Assembly: GCA_963733395.1 (NCBI GenBank)
Contig: CAVTCZ010000009.1
Coordinates: 166,245-230,244, forward strand
Reading direction: 5' to 3'
From: an uncultured Actinomycetota bacterium
GTDB lineage: Bacteria; Actinomycetota; Actinomycetes; S36-B12; UBA10799
Length of the DNA stretch: 64,000 nucleotides
Both the position numbers and the translations under genes were made by a program. The notes below the pieces were generated by a model. That model did no database searches and was not told the DNA's origin. It saw only the letters and a list, made by a program, of their open reading frames with translations. Shown here piece by piece: positions 18,428-27,127 of this stretch (positions within the stretch are counted from its first letter, which is position 1; each line of letters starts with the position of its first letter).

Positions 18428-21400
18428 CTAGCCTGCACTGCCCGGACTGGAGTGCCACAGCTTCGGCGGCCGTTTCGACGACGATCCCGCCGGCCGGGTG
18501 TCCGCGTACGGCGACTGCCGGAACCCACTGGCATGGACCAGCACCCTGCGCACAGCCGGGTCCGAGGTACCGGTGTCCTGCGTCGGATCCTCCATCCGGT
18601 CCGGTCCGGCCAGCATGTCCACCGGCGTGTTGATGATCTCGTACACCCCGGCCACGCCCTTGCGTCTCCATGCCGCGTGCAGATCCGGCAGGGACCAGCA
18701 CCCGGTGGCCCGCACCGAGATCCCCCGTCGGCCGGTCCTGCGGATCACACCGGTGGCCAGCAACAGCCAGGAGTGGAACACCGTGTGGGCGTAGGGGCCC
18801 TGAGCGTCCTCGAAGAACGTCAGGTCGATCGGTCCGGTGGAGTCGTCCAGCGACAAGAAGATGACCCGTCGCCCGCTGCGGATCGGCGGGGTCTGGGTCG
18901 CCACCTTGATGCCGGCCACCAGGACCTGCGCCTGCGAGCGGTGGGCCAGCAGATCCTTGGACCGCACCACACCGAGTTCGGTGAACATCTGCTCGTAGAA
19001 CGAGATGGCATGCCGGGTCACATCGAGGCCGAGGATCTCCACTTCCGCCTCCACCCGATCGGCCGCGGTCATCTCGGGCAAGCCGCTGGGCGGCTCGGGC
19101 TCGGACAACGGCAGGACCAACTGGGCGGGGCCTGCGGCGTACACCTTCGGCGCCTGTGATTGCGCAGCCACCTGCTCGGCGAGCCCGGTACCGCCCACCT
19201 GTTGCTTGGCGTTGCGCCGGACCCGGCGCCGACCCCCGGACCGGTGAAGATCCGCGATCTGCAGCAGCAGGTCGCGGCGGGTCACGTGACCGATGCGGCG
19301 CGCCCCGGTGATGTCGTACATCGTGTCGAATCCGCCGGCGCGCACCAACCGCTCCACGACCGGCCGGGACACCGGCGTGCGCGACCAGAAATCGGCGAGG
19401 TCCACGAACGGCTGGGACACCTCGATCTGACGGATCTCCACGTCGTTGATCCCCTTCACATCCGCCAGCGACAGCCGGATGCCATAGGTGTCCGCCACCT
19501 TCTCCACCCGGTACTGTCCGCTGGATTTGTTCACGTCCAGCGGCAGCACCACAACCCCGCTGTTGCGGGCCTCGTCGAGGATCAACCGCTTCGGGTACAT
19601 CCCCGGGTCATGGGTGAGCACCCCGGCCAGGAACGCCGCCGGGTGGTGTCGCTTGAGCCAGGCGGAGTGGTAGGTCGGCAGCGCGAAGGCCGCGGCATGA
19701 GCCTTGCAGAACCCGAAACTGGCGAAGGCCCGCAACACCTCCCAGACCTTCTCGACGGTTGCCAGGTCGTAGCCCTTCTTCAGCGCCTGCGGGATGAACC
19801 AGGTCCGGACCTGGATCTGTCCATCCGGGGTGCCGAGTTGCCGGCGGACCTCGTCGGCCTCAGCCAGGGAACACCCGCTCATGACAGACACCAGCCGCAA
19901 CACCTGCTCGTGGAACACCACCACCCCATGGGTCTCCCGCAGCGCGGGTTCCAGATCGGGGTGCAGGTGCAGCGGCTCCCGCCAGCCGTGCCGGGCGGAC
20001 AGGAACGGCGTGATCATGTCGCTCTTCACCGGCCCGGGCCGGAACAGCGAGATGTCGATGATCAGGTCGTTGAAGTCGCGCGGGCCGAACTTGCCGATCA
20101 GCTCCCGCTGCCCCGGCGACTCGATCTGGAAGCAGCCGAGCGTCTTGGCCTTCTGAATGAGGTCGAAGGTGTCCTGATCGTCGAACGGCAGGTCGTCGAG
20201 GTCGACCTCGACGCCGTCCACCCGGCGCACCTCAGTCACCGCATGGGCCATCGCCGACTGCATGCGGATGCCCAGCACGTCGAGCTTCAGGAAACCCATC
20301 GCCTCCACGTCGTCCTTGTCGAAGTGACTCATCGGGAAGCCCATCCAGCTGGCCTCCACCGGGGTCCGGTCCAGCAACGAGGAGTCCGACAGCAGCACGC
20401 CGCAGGGGTGCAGGGCGATGTGCCGGGGCAGACCGTCGAGCGCCTCCACGAAGTGCAGGAAGCCGTCCAGCATCCCGCGGTCGGCGAGTTTGCCCACCAC
20501 CGAGGTGCGCACCTCGGGCAGTTCGGCCACCGCCGCCCGGGCATCGCGGGCACGGATGTGTGGGAAGGCCTTGGCGAAGTCGTCGATCTCGCCGGCCGGG
20601 AAGCCCAGTGCCGCCCCCACATCGCGAATCGCGTGTCGCACCTTGTAGGTGTCGCGCATGCTCACACAGGCGCTGCGGTGCGCCCCGAACCGTTCCACGA
20701 TCCGCCGGTAGATATCTGTGCGGCGCGCCGACTCGACGTCGATGTCGATGTCCGGCAGCGCCCGCCGCAGCGGGGACAGGAACCGCTCCATGAGCAGGTC
20801 GTGGCGGATGGGGTCCACCCCGGAGATGCCCAACAGGTAGTTCACGACACTGCCGGCCCCGGATCCCCGCGCGGCCACCCGCACCCGCATCGCGCGGATC
20901 AGGTCCACCACCTCCGCAACCGTGAGGAAGTATCCGGCGAAACCGAGGGTGGCGATGACACCGAGTTCGTCGTCGAGGCGCTGCCGGGCGGGCGCCACCT
21001 CCCGGGGCAGGAACCTCGTGTGCAACGCGGCCTCACAGCGGGCCCGCAGCAGGGCATCGGCGCGCACCGCCTCGACCCGGCGCTGGGCATGGCGGTGGCG
21101 GCGGGCGGCGTACCCGACCATCGCGGGTCCGGTGGGTTCGGCCGGCGGCCTGCCCGACAACAGGACATCGAGTTCCGGGACGTGGATGTCCCCGATGCCG
21201 AAATCCGCCACCGGGTCCAGCACACACTCCCCGGCCAGGTCGGCGGTCACCCCGAGCAGCCGGCCGGCCTCGGATCCCGCGACCTGTTCGGCGATGCCCT
21301 GCATATGACTGGCCGGCGCCAGGAAACCGCCGGAGTTCTCCCGGTCGAGATGCCGGGAGTCCAGCGGCACCAGCCGCCGGATGGCATCCAGCAGGTCCGC

Positions 21401-22102
21401 GGTCGACGCCTGCCGGGGATGGACGTACCGTGCCGCGTTGGTCAGCACCGCCGGGACGCCACGCTCGCGGGCGTAGGTCCACATCCGGCGCGCCATCGCG
21501 GTGGACAGGTCCGGTCCGGGCCGGTCCTCCCCGATCCCGCGGGGGGCGGTGCGGTGGTTCACGATCTCGAGGTACACCCGGTTGCCCGCCACCTGCCGCC
21601 AGCGGTCCAGCAACCGGTCGGCAAGGTCGAACCGGTGCCGACTGATGGCCCGACCCACCTGCGAGTCGGGACCCAGCAACACCCGCAGATCTCCGGGCAC
21701 CACGAACTCCTCGAGCAGACCCCAGTCCACCGTGGGGTTGCCTCGCTCCCCAGCGGTGTGGGCGGCCGATACCAGCCGGCTCAACGCCGACCAGCCCCTG
21801 CCGCCGGAAGCCAGCAGCACCATGCGCGGATGCCGCAGGTCACGCCAGGCGCCACCCCGGGTGGGGGTGCGCGCCGCTACCGGCGGGGCATCGGGGCGCT
21901 GGGCCAGGTCCGAGCCGAGGATGCCGTCGATGCCGTGTTCCATGCAGGCCTGCATGAACCGGACCGCGCCGTACAACCCGTCCCGGTCGGTCAGCGCGAT
22001 AGCCGGTTGGTCCAACTCCACGGCCCGCTGCACCACCTCCTGCGGGGCGCACACACCGTGCCGCAGGGAGTAGTAGGAGGCGACGTGGAGATGACTGAAC
22101 AT
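18428..22102 (-). CDS. dnaE2: Error-prone DNA polymerase III alpha-type subunit (DnaE2-like)
   Basis: 1224-aa ORF. The PHP N-terminus HLHVASYYSLRHG...LTDRDGLYGAVRF is DnaE2-like rather than DnaE1-like. It has the PDIDIDVE palm motif. It sits in an SOS-box-preceded operon with dinB. Confidence 0.85.
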   Translation of the reverse strand: MFSHLHVASYYSLRHGVCAPQEVVQRAVELDQPAIALTDRDGLYGAVRFMQACMEHGIDGILGSDLAQRPDAPPVAARTPTRGGAWRDLRHPRMVLLASGGRGWSALSRLVSAAHTAGERGNPTVDWGLLEEFVVPGDLRVLLGPDSQVGRAISRHRFDLADRLLDRWRQVAGNRVYLEIVNHRTAPRGIGEDRPGPDLSTAMARRMWTYARERGVPAVLTNAARYVHPRQASTADLLDAIRRLVPLDSRHLDRENSGGFLAPASHMQGIAEQVAGSEAGRLLGVTADLAGECVLDPVADFGIGDIHVPELDVLLSGRPPAEPTGPAMVGYAARRHRHAQRRVEAVRADALLRARCEAALHTRFLPREVAPARQRLDDELGVIATLGFAGYFLTVAEVVDLIRAMRVRVAARGSGAGSVVNYLLGISGVDPIRHDLLMERFLSPLRRALPDIDIDVESARRTDIYRRIVERFGAHRSACVSMRDTYKVRHAIRDVGAALGFPAGEIDDFAKAFPHIRARDARAAVAELPEVRTSVVGKLADRGMLDGFLHFVEALDGLPRHIALHPCGVLLSDSSLLDRTPVEASWMGFPMSHFDKDDVEAMGFLKLDVLGIRMQSAMAHAVTEVRRVDGVEVDLDDLPFDDQDTFDLIQKAKTLGCFQIESPGQRELIGKFGPRDFNDLIIDISLFRPGPVKSDMITPFLSARHGWREPLHLHPDLEPALRETHGVVVFHEQVLRLVSVMSGCSLAEADEVRRQLGTPDGQIQVRTWFIPQALKKGYDLATVEKVWEVLRAFASFGFCKAHAAAFALPTYHSAWLKRHHPAAFLAGVLTHDPGMYPKRLILDEARNSGVVVLPLDVNKSSGQYRVEKVADTYGIRLSLADVKGINDVEIRQIEVSQPFVDLADFWSRTPVSRPVVERLVRAGGFDTMYDITGARRIGHVTRRDLLLQIADLHRSGGRRRVRRNAKQQVGGTGLAEQVAAQSQAPKVYAAGPAQLVLPLSEPEPPSGLPEMTAADRVEAEVEILGLDVTRHAISFYEQMFTELGVVRSKDLLAHRSQAQVLVAGIKVATQTPPIRSGRRVIFLSLDDSTGPIDLTFFEDAQGPYAHTVFHSWLLLATGVIRRTGRRGISVRATGCWSLPDLHAAWRRKGVAGVYEIINTPVDMLAGPDRMEDPTQDTGTSDPAVRRVLVHASGFRQSPYADTRPAGSSSKRPPKLWHSSPGSAG

Positions 22103-22105
22103 CGA

Positions 22106-22507
22106 CTATCCCGCAGTCGACCAGGAGGGGATCGGCAGTCCCACCCCGAGGATCGCGGCGATCTGCTCGAGGAACGCCTCAGCATCGCGCACGAGGTCGT
22201 CGGCCTGCCGCTGGGTCACATGTTCCCGGCCGATCTCCACGAAGATGCGGCGACGGCCGATCGCGTCGAAGTAGGCACACCACTCCCCCAACTCGGGGGC
22301 GATCGTCGGCACCATCTGCCAGACGCTGCGGATGCGCGACGACCGGGTCGGCTTGGCCCGCGTGGCCAGCAACGCCGCGCCCGCCCGCAGCGCCGCCACG
22401 TGCGCGGCCACGTAGCGGTCGGCGGGAGCGGTCGCCTGATAGGCGTCGTCGAGGGCGATCAGCGCGGTGCGCAGCAGATCTTTGCCGGCATGGGTCAGAG
22501 CAGCCAT
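22106..22507 (-). CDS. Small all-helical HEPN-like protein (resembles proteins annotated as SAV_6107-family HEPN)
   Basis: 133-aa ORF ending 3 bp before the dnaE2 start. It has an R-x4-H motif (RYVAAH, aa 31-36) and Ala/Leu-rich helices. The family assignment is from memory of similar annotations, not from a search. Confidence 0.6.
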   Translation of the reverse strand: MAALTHAGKDLLRTALIALDDAYQATAPADRYVAAHVAALRAGAALLATRAKPTRSSRIRSVWQMVPTIAPELGEWCAYFDAIGRRRIFVEIGREHVTQRQADDLVRDAEAFLEQIAAILGVGLPIPSWSTAG

Positions 22508-22519
22508 TGCAGTGTCCTC

Positions 22520-22801
22520 TCAGTCGAAGGTCCGCAGCAGGTACCACTGCCCCGCTGCCGGGTCGAAGCTCAAGTCGTAGACGCCACGCGCCGTGCATCG
22601 ACCGGCGGATGCCTCCACCCGCCAGGTCTGCAGGTCGCACCCGGTGGGGGTCGCACTGACGTCCTTCCACCACACCGCGGACTTGTCCCACTGCTGCAAC
22701 ACGTGATCCACCCGGTACAACCGGTCACGCCAGATGAACTGCTCGGGGGACCCGCCCCCGGCACATTTGACGTCGACGGCCCGGTCATAGGAACGACTCA
22801 T
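22520..22801 (-). CDS. Small Trp-rich protein (DUF6504-like), first gene of the damage-inducible operon
   Basis: ATG 22799-22801 is preceded by GGGAGGTG. MSRSYDRAVDVKC...FIWRDRLYRVDHVLQQW...VWWKDV...TWRVEASAG...GVYDLSFDPAAGQWYLLRTFD. The track start (GTG 22861) lies upstream of the predicted promoter, so I trimmed it. Confidence 0.65.
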   Translation of the reverse strand: MSRSYDRAVDVKCAGGGSPEQFIWRDRLYRVDHVLQQWDKSAVWWKDVSATPTGCDLQTWRVEASAGRCTARGVYDLSFDPAAGQWYLLRTFD

Positions 22802-22825
22802 GAAGCACCTCCCGTTCGTCGTGGA

Positions 22826-22841
22826 TCGAACTTTTGTTCGA
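22826..22841. promoter_or_regulatory. LexA (SOS) box, perfect actinobacterial consensus
   Basis: TCGAACTTTTGTTCGA matches TCGAAC-N4-GTTCGA exactly. It lies 25 nt upstream of the ATG at 22801 and overlaps the predicted -10 element. Confidence 0.85.
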
Positions 22842-22860
22842 TTACAGTCGAACACTGACA
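22839..22860 (-). promoter_or_regulatory. RecA-NDp / PafBC-type DNA-damage promoter motif
   Basis: The minus strand reads gTGTCAGTG-ttcgactg-TAATCG, versus the mycobacterial motif tTGTCRgtg-N8-TAnnnT. All positions match except the last T. Confidence 0.6.
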
Positions 22861-22881
22861 CAGGGGTACGTCAAGAGATTT

Positions 22882-22897
22882 TCGAACATATGTTCGC
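22882..22897. promoter_or_regulatory. Second LexA box (one mismatch)
   Basis: TCGAACATATGTTCGC, located in the divergent region between the mutasome-like operon and the MFS gene. Confidence 0.75.
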
Positions 22898-22988
22898 TGT
22901 GGATATCGGTCGGACCGGCCATCCCGCCAGCCCACCCATCCGCCCAGGCCCGGCGGTACCGTGCCAATGAGCGAGCGGAGGACCAGCC

Positions 22989-24308
22989 ATGGCTCAACAG
23001 GCGCCCACGCAGTCCGAGCACCATCTACGGCCCACCGCCCTGGGCACCCGGACCTGGCTCGGCATCGTCATCATCGGCCTCGTCGGCCAGATCGCCTGGA
23101 CCGTCGAGAACCTCTACCTCAACGTCTTCGTCTACGACACGATCACCGACGACCCCACCGTCATCGCCGTGATGGTCGCCCTCTCGGCGATCTCCGCGAC
23201 CACCGCCACGTTCTTCATCGGGCCACTGTCGGACCGGATCGGCAAGCGCCGCATGTTCATCGTCGGGGGCTACGTCCTGTGGGGCGTGTCCACGATGCTG
23301 TTCGGCTTCATCACCGTCGATGCCCTGGCAGCGTTCGTCCCCGCCGCCAGTGTCGCGGCCGCCACCGCTGCGGTCGTCATCCTGCTCGACTGCCTGATGA
23401 GCTTCCTGGGGGCCGGCGCGAACGACGCCTCGTTCAACGCCTGGGTCACCGACATCACCTCCCCCGACAACCGCGGACGGGTCGAATCGGTACTGGCGAT
23501 GCTGCCGCTGATGTCGATGCTGCTGGTCTTCGGCGGCCTCGACGGACTGACCAAGAGCGGCGACTGGCAGGTGTTCTTCATCGTGGTCGGGGCGCTCATG
23601 ATCGTCGCCGGCCTCCTGGCCCTGCTGCTGATCCACGACGCACCCAACGAGCCGACCCAACACGACAGCCTGTGGCGCTCCATCGTGCACGGGCTGCGGC
23701 CCGATGCCGTGCGCGCCAACCCCCGGCTCTACTGGACCCTGGTGGCGTTCGCCATCCTCGGCATCTCGACCCAGGTCTTCCTCCCCTACCTGATCATCTA
23801 CGTGCAGCGCTACCTGCAGATCGACGCCTACGCCGTGGTGCTGGCGGCGGTACTGACCGGCGCCGCCGTCGTCAGCGTCCTCGGCGGCCGGATCATCGAC
23901 CGGGTCGGCAAGGTCGCCTTCATGCTGCCCGCCGCGGGTATCTACCTGGTCGGGCTGTTGCTCATGGTGTTCGCCCGCGGCCTCTTGCCGGTCATCCTCG
24001 CGGGACTGGTCATGATGTCCGGGTTCATGCTGACCATGGCCGCGATCGGCGCCGCCATCCGCGACTACTCCCCCGTCGACCGGGTCGGCATGGTGCAGGG
24101 TCTGCGCATGATCGCCATGGTCCTGATCCCCATGGTCATCGGCCCGTTCATCGGAGCAGCCGTGATCCGCAACGCCGACGAGTACTACGAGGACCTCGGA
24201 CAGCTCAAGCAGGTACCGACCCCCGGGATCTTCGTGGCCGCCGCGGTCGTCATCCTCATGATCCTCATACCCATCCGGGCCCTGCGCCGACGGGCGGACA
24301 CCAGGTGA
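22989..24308 (+). CDS. MFS transporter, glycoside-pentoside-hexuronide (GPH)-like
   Basis: 439-aa polytopic ORF with GGAGGA 7 nt upstream of the ATG. Contains GPLSDRIGKRR and forms a GTGA overlap with the downstream GH2 gene. Confidence 0.8.
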   Translation: MAQQAPTQSEHHLRPTALGTRTWLGIVIIGLVGQIAWTVENLYLNVFVYDTITDDPTVIAVMVALSAISATTATFFIGPLSDRIGKRRMFIVGGYVLWGVSTMLFGFITVDALAAFVPAASVAAATAAVVILLDCLMSFLGAGANDASFNAWVTDITSPDNRGRVESVLAMLPLMSMLLVFGGLDGLTKSGDWQVFFIVVGALMIVAGLLALLLIHDAPNEPTQHDSLWRSIVHGLRPDAVRANPRLYWTLVAFAILGISTQVFLPYLIIYVQRYLQIDAYAVVLAAVLTGAAVVSVLGGRIIDRVGKVAFMLPAAGIYLVGLLLMVFARGLLPVILAGLVMMSGFMLTMAAIGAAIRDYSPVDRVGMVQGLRMIAMVLIPMVIGPFIGAAVIRNADEYYEDLGQLKQVPTPGIFVAAAVVILMILIPIRALRRRADTR

Positions 24309-26059
24309 AGCCCCTGCACCAGCCACTGTTCACCCCGTGGGGCGAGACCCTCGATCCGGACCACCCGCTGCCGGAGTACCCGCGACCGCAACTGCGCCGC
24401 GACTCCTACGTGAACCTCAACGGCCGCTGGGAACACGCCTTCCGCATCAGCGCCCGCGAGCCCACGGATTGGGACGGCCCGATCGTGGTGCCGTTCTCGC
24501 CGGAGTCGCTGCTGTCCGGGGTGGGCCGCCAACTCCAGCCCGGTGAGTACCTGCACTACGCGCGGGCCTTCGAGGCGCCGCCCGTACCCGACGGGCACCG
24601 GGTCCTGCTGCATTTCGGCGCGGTCGACCAGTCCTGCCAGGTGCGGGTCAACGGCCGCCCGGTGGGTGGCCACGAGGGTGGCTACCTGCCCTTCAGTTTC
24701 GACATCACCGACGCGCTGACCCGTGGCGGGAACCACCTTCACGTCGTGGTCACGGACCCCTCCGACACCGGCACCGGCTCCCGCGGCAAGCAGAAACTGA
24801 AACCCGGCGGGATCTGGTACACCGCCCAGTCGGGGATCTGGCAGACGGTGTGGTTGGAGGTCGTGCCGGACAACCACATCACTGCGCTGACCCTCGACCC
24901 GGATCTGACCGGGTTCACAGTCACCGTCTCGATGACCGGTGAGCCATCGCCCTGCCGGGTACAGGTCACGGCCGGCGATGACGTGGTCGCCGATGTCAGC
25001 GCCACCACCGGGTCACCGCAACGCATCGAGATCCCCGAACCACGGCACTGGTCGCCTGCGGACCCGTTCTTGTACGACCTGGCGATCTCCGCCGCGGACG
25101 ATGAGGTGCGCAGTTACGTGGGGTTGCGTACCTTCGGCGTCGGCACCGACAGCGCTGGGGTGCCGCGACTTCTGCTCAACGGCCGGCCGTACTTCCACGC
25201 GGGGGTCCTCGACCAGGGCTACTGGTCCGACGGCCTCTACACCGCGCCCAGCGATGCGGCCCTGGTCCACGACATCGCGACCATGAAGGACCTCGGGTTC
25301 ACGATGCTGCGAAAACACATCAAGGTCGAGCCGCTGCGGTGGTACTACCACTGCGACCGCCTGGGGATGCTCGTGTGGCAGGACATGGTCAACGGCGGCG
25401 GCACGTACCGCCGACGGGTGGTCGAGGTGCCCGCCGTGTCACCGCTGCGGCTCAACGACCGCCACCACCGGTTGTTCGCCCGCTCCGATGCCGCCGGCCG
25501 GGCGCAGTGGCTCGACCAGATGCGCGACACCATCGAGCACCTGCGAAACAGTCCGAGCATCGCCGCTTGGGTGCCGTTCAACGAGGGGTGGGGTCAGTTC
25601 GACGCCAATGTCGTGGCCCGCGAGGTCGCCGTGCTCGATCCCAGCCGCGCGGTCGACCATGCCAGCGGCTGGCACGATCAGGGCGGCGGCGATCTGCGCA
25701 GCCTGCACATCTACTTCCGGCGCTTCCGGGTGCCCCGCAAGCGCGATGGCCGGGTACTGGCACTCAGCGAGTACGGCGGTTACAGCTTGCACCTGGCCGC
25801 ACACAGCGCCAGCGAGACCGAGTTCGGCTATCGCCGCTACGGCTCGGCCGCTCTCCTGGCCCAAGCCTTTCGGGATCTCCACACCGATCAGATCGTGCCT
25901 GCCATTCCGCAGGGTCTGAGCGCAACCGTGTACACCCAGTTGTCGGATGTCGAGGACGAGACCAACGGCCTGTTGACCTACGACCGCCGGGTCGTGAAGA
26001 TCCCCACCGAGCAGGTGCGGGCGGCCATCACCCGGCTGCGACTGGACGGCGGCTCCTGA
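24305..26059 (+). CDS. Glycoside hydrolase family 2-like protein
   Basis: GTG 24305-24307 lies inside the 1032-aa track ORF. VKPLHQPLFTPWGETL...YPRPQLRRDSYVNLNGRWEHAF (GH2 sugar-binding N-terminus), then a TIM-barrel part with NEGWGQ. The upstream 448 aa of the track ORF are a shadow of the MFS gene. Confidence 0.75.
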   Translation: MKPLHQPLFTPWGETLDPDHPLPEYPRPQLRRDSYVNLNGRWEHAFRISAREPTDWDGPIVVPFSPESLLSGVGRQLQPGEYLHYARAFEAPPVPDGHRVLLHFGAVDQSCQVRVNGRPVGGHEGGYLPFSFDITDALTRGGNHLHVVVTDPSDTGTGSRGKQKLKPGGIWYTAQSGIWQTVWLEVVPDNHITALTLDPDLTGFTVTVSMTGEPSPCRVQVTAGDDVVADVSATTGSPQRIEIPEPRHWSPADPFLYDLAISAADDEVRSYVGLRTFGVGTDSAGVPRLLLNGRPYFHAGVLDQGYWSDGLYTAPSDAALVHDIATMKDLGFTMLRKHIKVEPLRWYYHCDRLGMLVWQDMVNGGGTYRRRVVEVPAVSPLRLNDRHHRLFARSDAAGRAQWLDQMRDTIEHLRNSPSIAAWVPFNEGWGQFDANVVAREVAVLDPSRAVDHASGWHDQGGGDLRSLHIYFRRFRVPRKRDGRVLALSEYGGYSLHLAAHSASETEFGYRRYGSAALLAQAFRDLHTDQIVPAIPQGLSATVYTQLSDVEDETNGLLTYDRRVVKIPTEQVRAAITRLRLDGGS

Positions 26060-26062
26060 GAT

Positions 26063-27046
26063 TCACCGCAGCGCCGGCAGGACCTCTTCGGCGAACCGCA
26101 GATCCATCTGCAGCCGCAGTTGCACCGACGCGTCCAGACCACCGCCCACGACGACGACGTGATCGAGCCCCAGGTCGACCAATTGCCGCAACCGCGCGGC
26201 ACACTCCTCCGGCTCGCCGATGATGCAGAACCTGTCGATGAAGTCCGCCGGAAGGTCCTCGGCCTGCTTGGACGCGTGGGCCGAGTGCCCGTACAACTCG
26301 TAGTCGTGGTCGACCGCCTCGACCACGGTGCGGTCCGCAGCGGTGAGCACACCCTCCGCCCCGCGCCGGAAGTGTGTGGAGATGCTCGCGTTGCCCCGTA
26401 CGTATTCACGGAGCTCGCCGCGGTCCGTACCGGTCGCTGCCACCACCAGCGCGCCCACCGGGACGGTGGGGTTGACCGCACGCACCTGCGCCAGACCCCA
26501 CGCGACCTGGTCGGGCTCCGCGCCCAACGACATGGTGACCATGTCCCCGGATCTGGCAGCGAGGGCCAGGTTCTTCGGACCCGAGGCGAAGACGTTGATC
26601 GGCACGGACGGCGGCTCCGCGGGATCGAGCCAGGCAATGCGACTGCGTAGGTCCCCGAACGCTACGTCGCGACCGCGCAAATAGGCTCGCACGTGGTGCA
26701 CAAGTTCCTCGAACTCGGCCAGGTGCGGCGGGTCCTCGCCGATGAGTCGCAGTGCGGTGTCCCCACGGGCGATCCCGAGCATCGCCCGCCCCTCGCTGAT
26801 CAGGTCCAGCGCGGCGAACGCCCCCGCCACCACGGCGGGGTTGCGGGTCACCAGGTTGGTCACGGCCGTTCCGATGAGCAGGCGGTCGGTCGCCCGGGCG
26901 GCCATGGTGAGGGCCACGACGATGTCGGGCGAGAGGTTCTGGCTGTCCTGCAGCATCAGCCCGTCCCACCCTGCGTGCTCGGCCTGTTCGGCAACGACCT
27001 CGATGACCTGCGGGAAGGAGTAGGTGCGCAAGAAGTATCGGACCAT
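26063..27046 (-). CDS. LLM-class (luciferase-like) flavin/F420-dependent oxidoreductase
   Basis: MVRYFLRTYSFPQVIEVVAEQAEHAGWDGLMLQDSQN... is a TIM-barrel LLM pattern. ATG 27044-27046. Confidence 0.7.
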   Translation of the reverse strand: MVRYFLRTYSFPQVIEVVAEQAEHAGWDGLMLQDSQNLSPDIVVALTMAARATDRLLIGTAVTNLVTRNPAVVAGAFAALDLISEGRAMLGIARGDTALRLIGEDPPHLAEFEELVHHVRAYLRGRDVAFGDLRSRIAWLDPAEPPSVPINVFASGPKNLALAARSGDMVTMSLGAEPDQVAWGLAQVRAVNPTVPVGALVVAATGTDRGELREYVRGNASISTHFRRGAEGVLTAADRTVVEAVDHDYELYGHSAHASKQAEDLPADFIDRFCIIGEPEECAARLRQLVDLGLDHVVVVGGGLDASVQLRLQMDLRFAEEVLPALR

Positions 27047-27127
27047 GGCCGTAACGTACTGAAGGACCGGCGCCGGTCGACGTTCGACCAGGCGGCTTTG
27101 CCACACGCCCCGATCGAACTTGTACTG

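Noticed and set aside
19160-22858. 1232-aa plus-strand ORF antisense to dnaE2. Similar very long antisense ORFs occur at 42175..44205, 52336..54510, 8357..10009 and 15123..16730.
   Set aside because: The translations are Arg/Pro/Gly/His-rich and low in complexity, with no motifs. They mirror well-supported genes on the other strand. This is the usual stop-codon-poor shadow frame of high-GC DNA.
22802-22861. GTG 22861 as the start of the first operon gene (113-aa version).
   Set aside because: That codon lies upstream of the predicted promoter (-10 at 22839-22844) and upstream of the LexA box. ATG 22801 has a strong GGGAGGTG ribosome-binding site.
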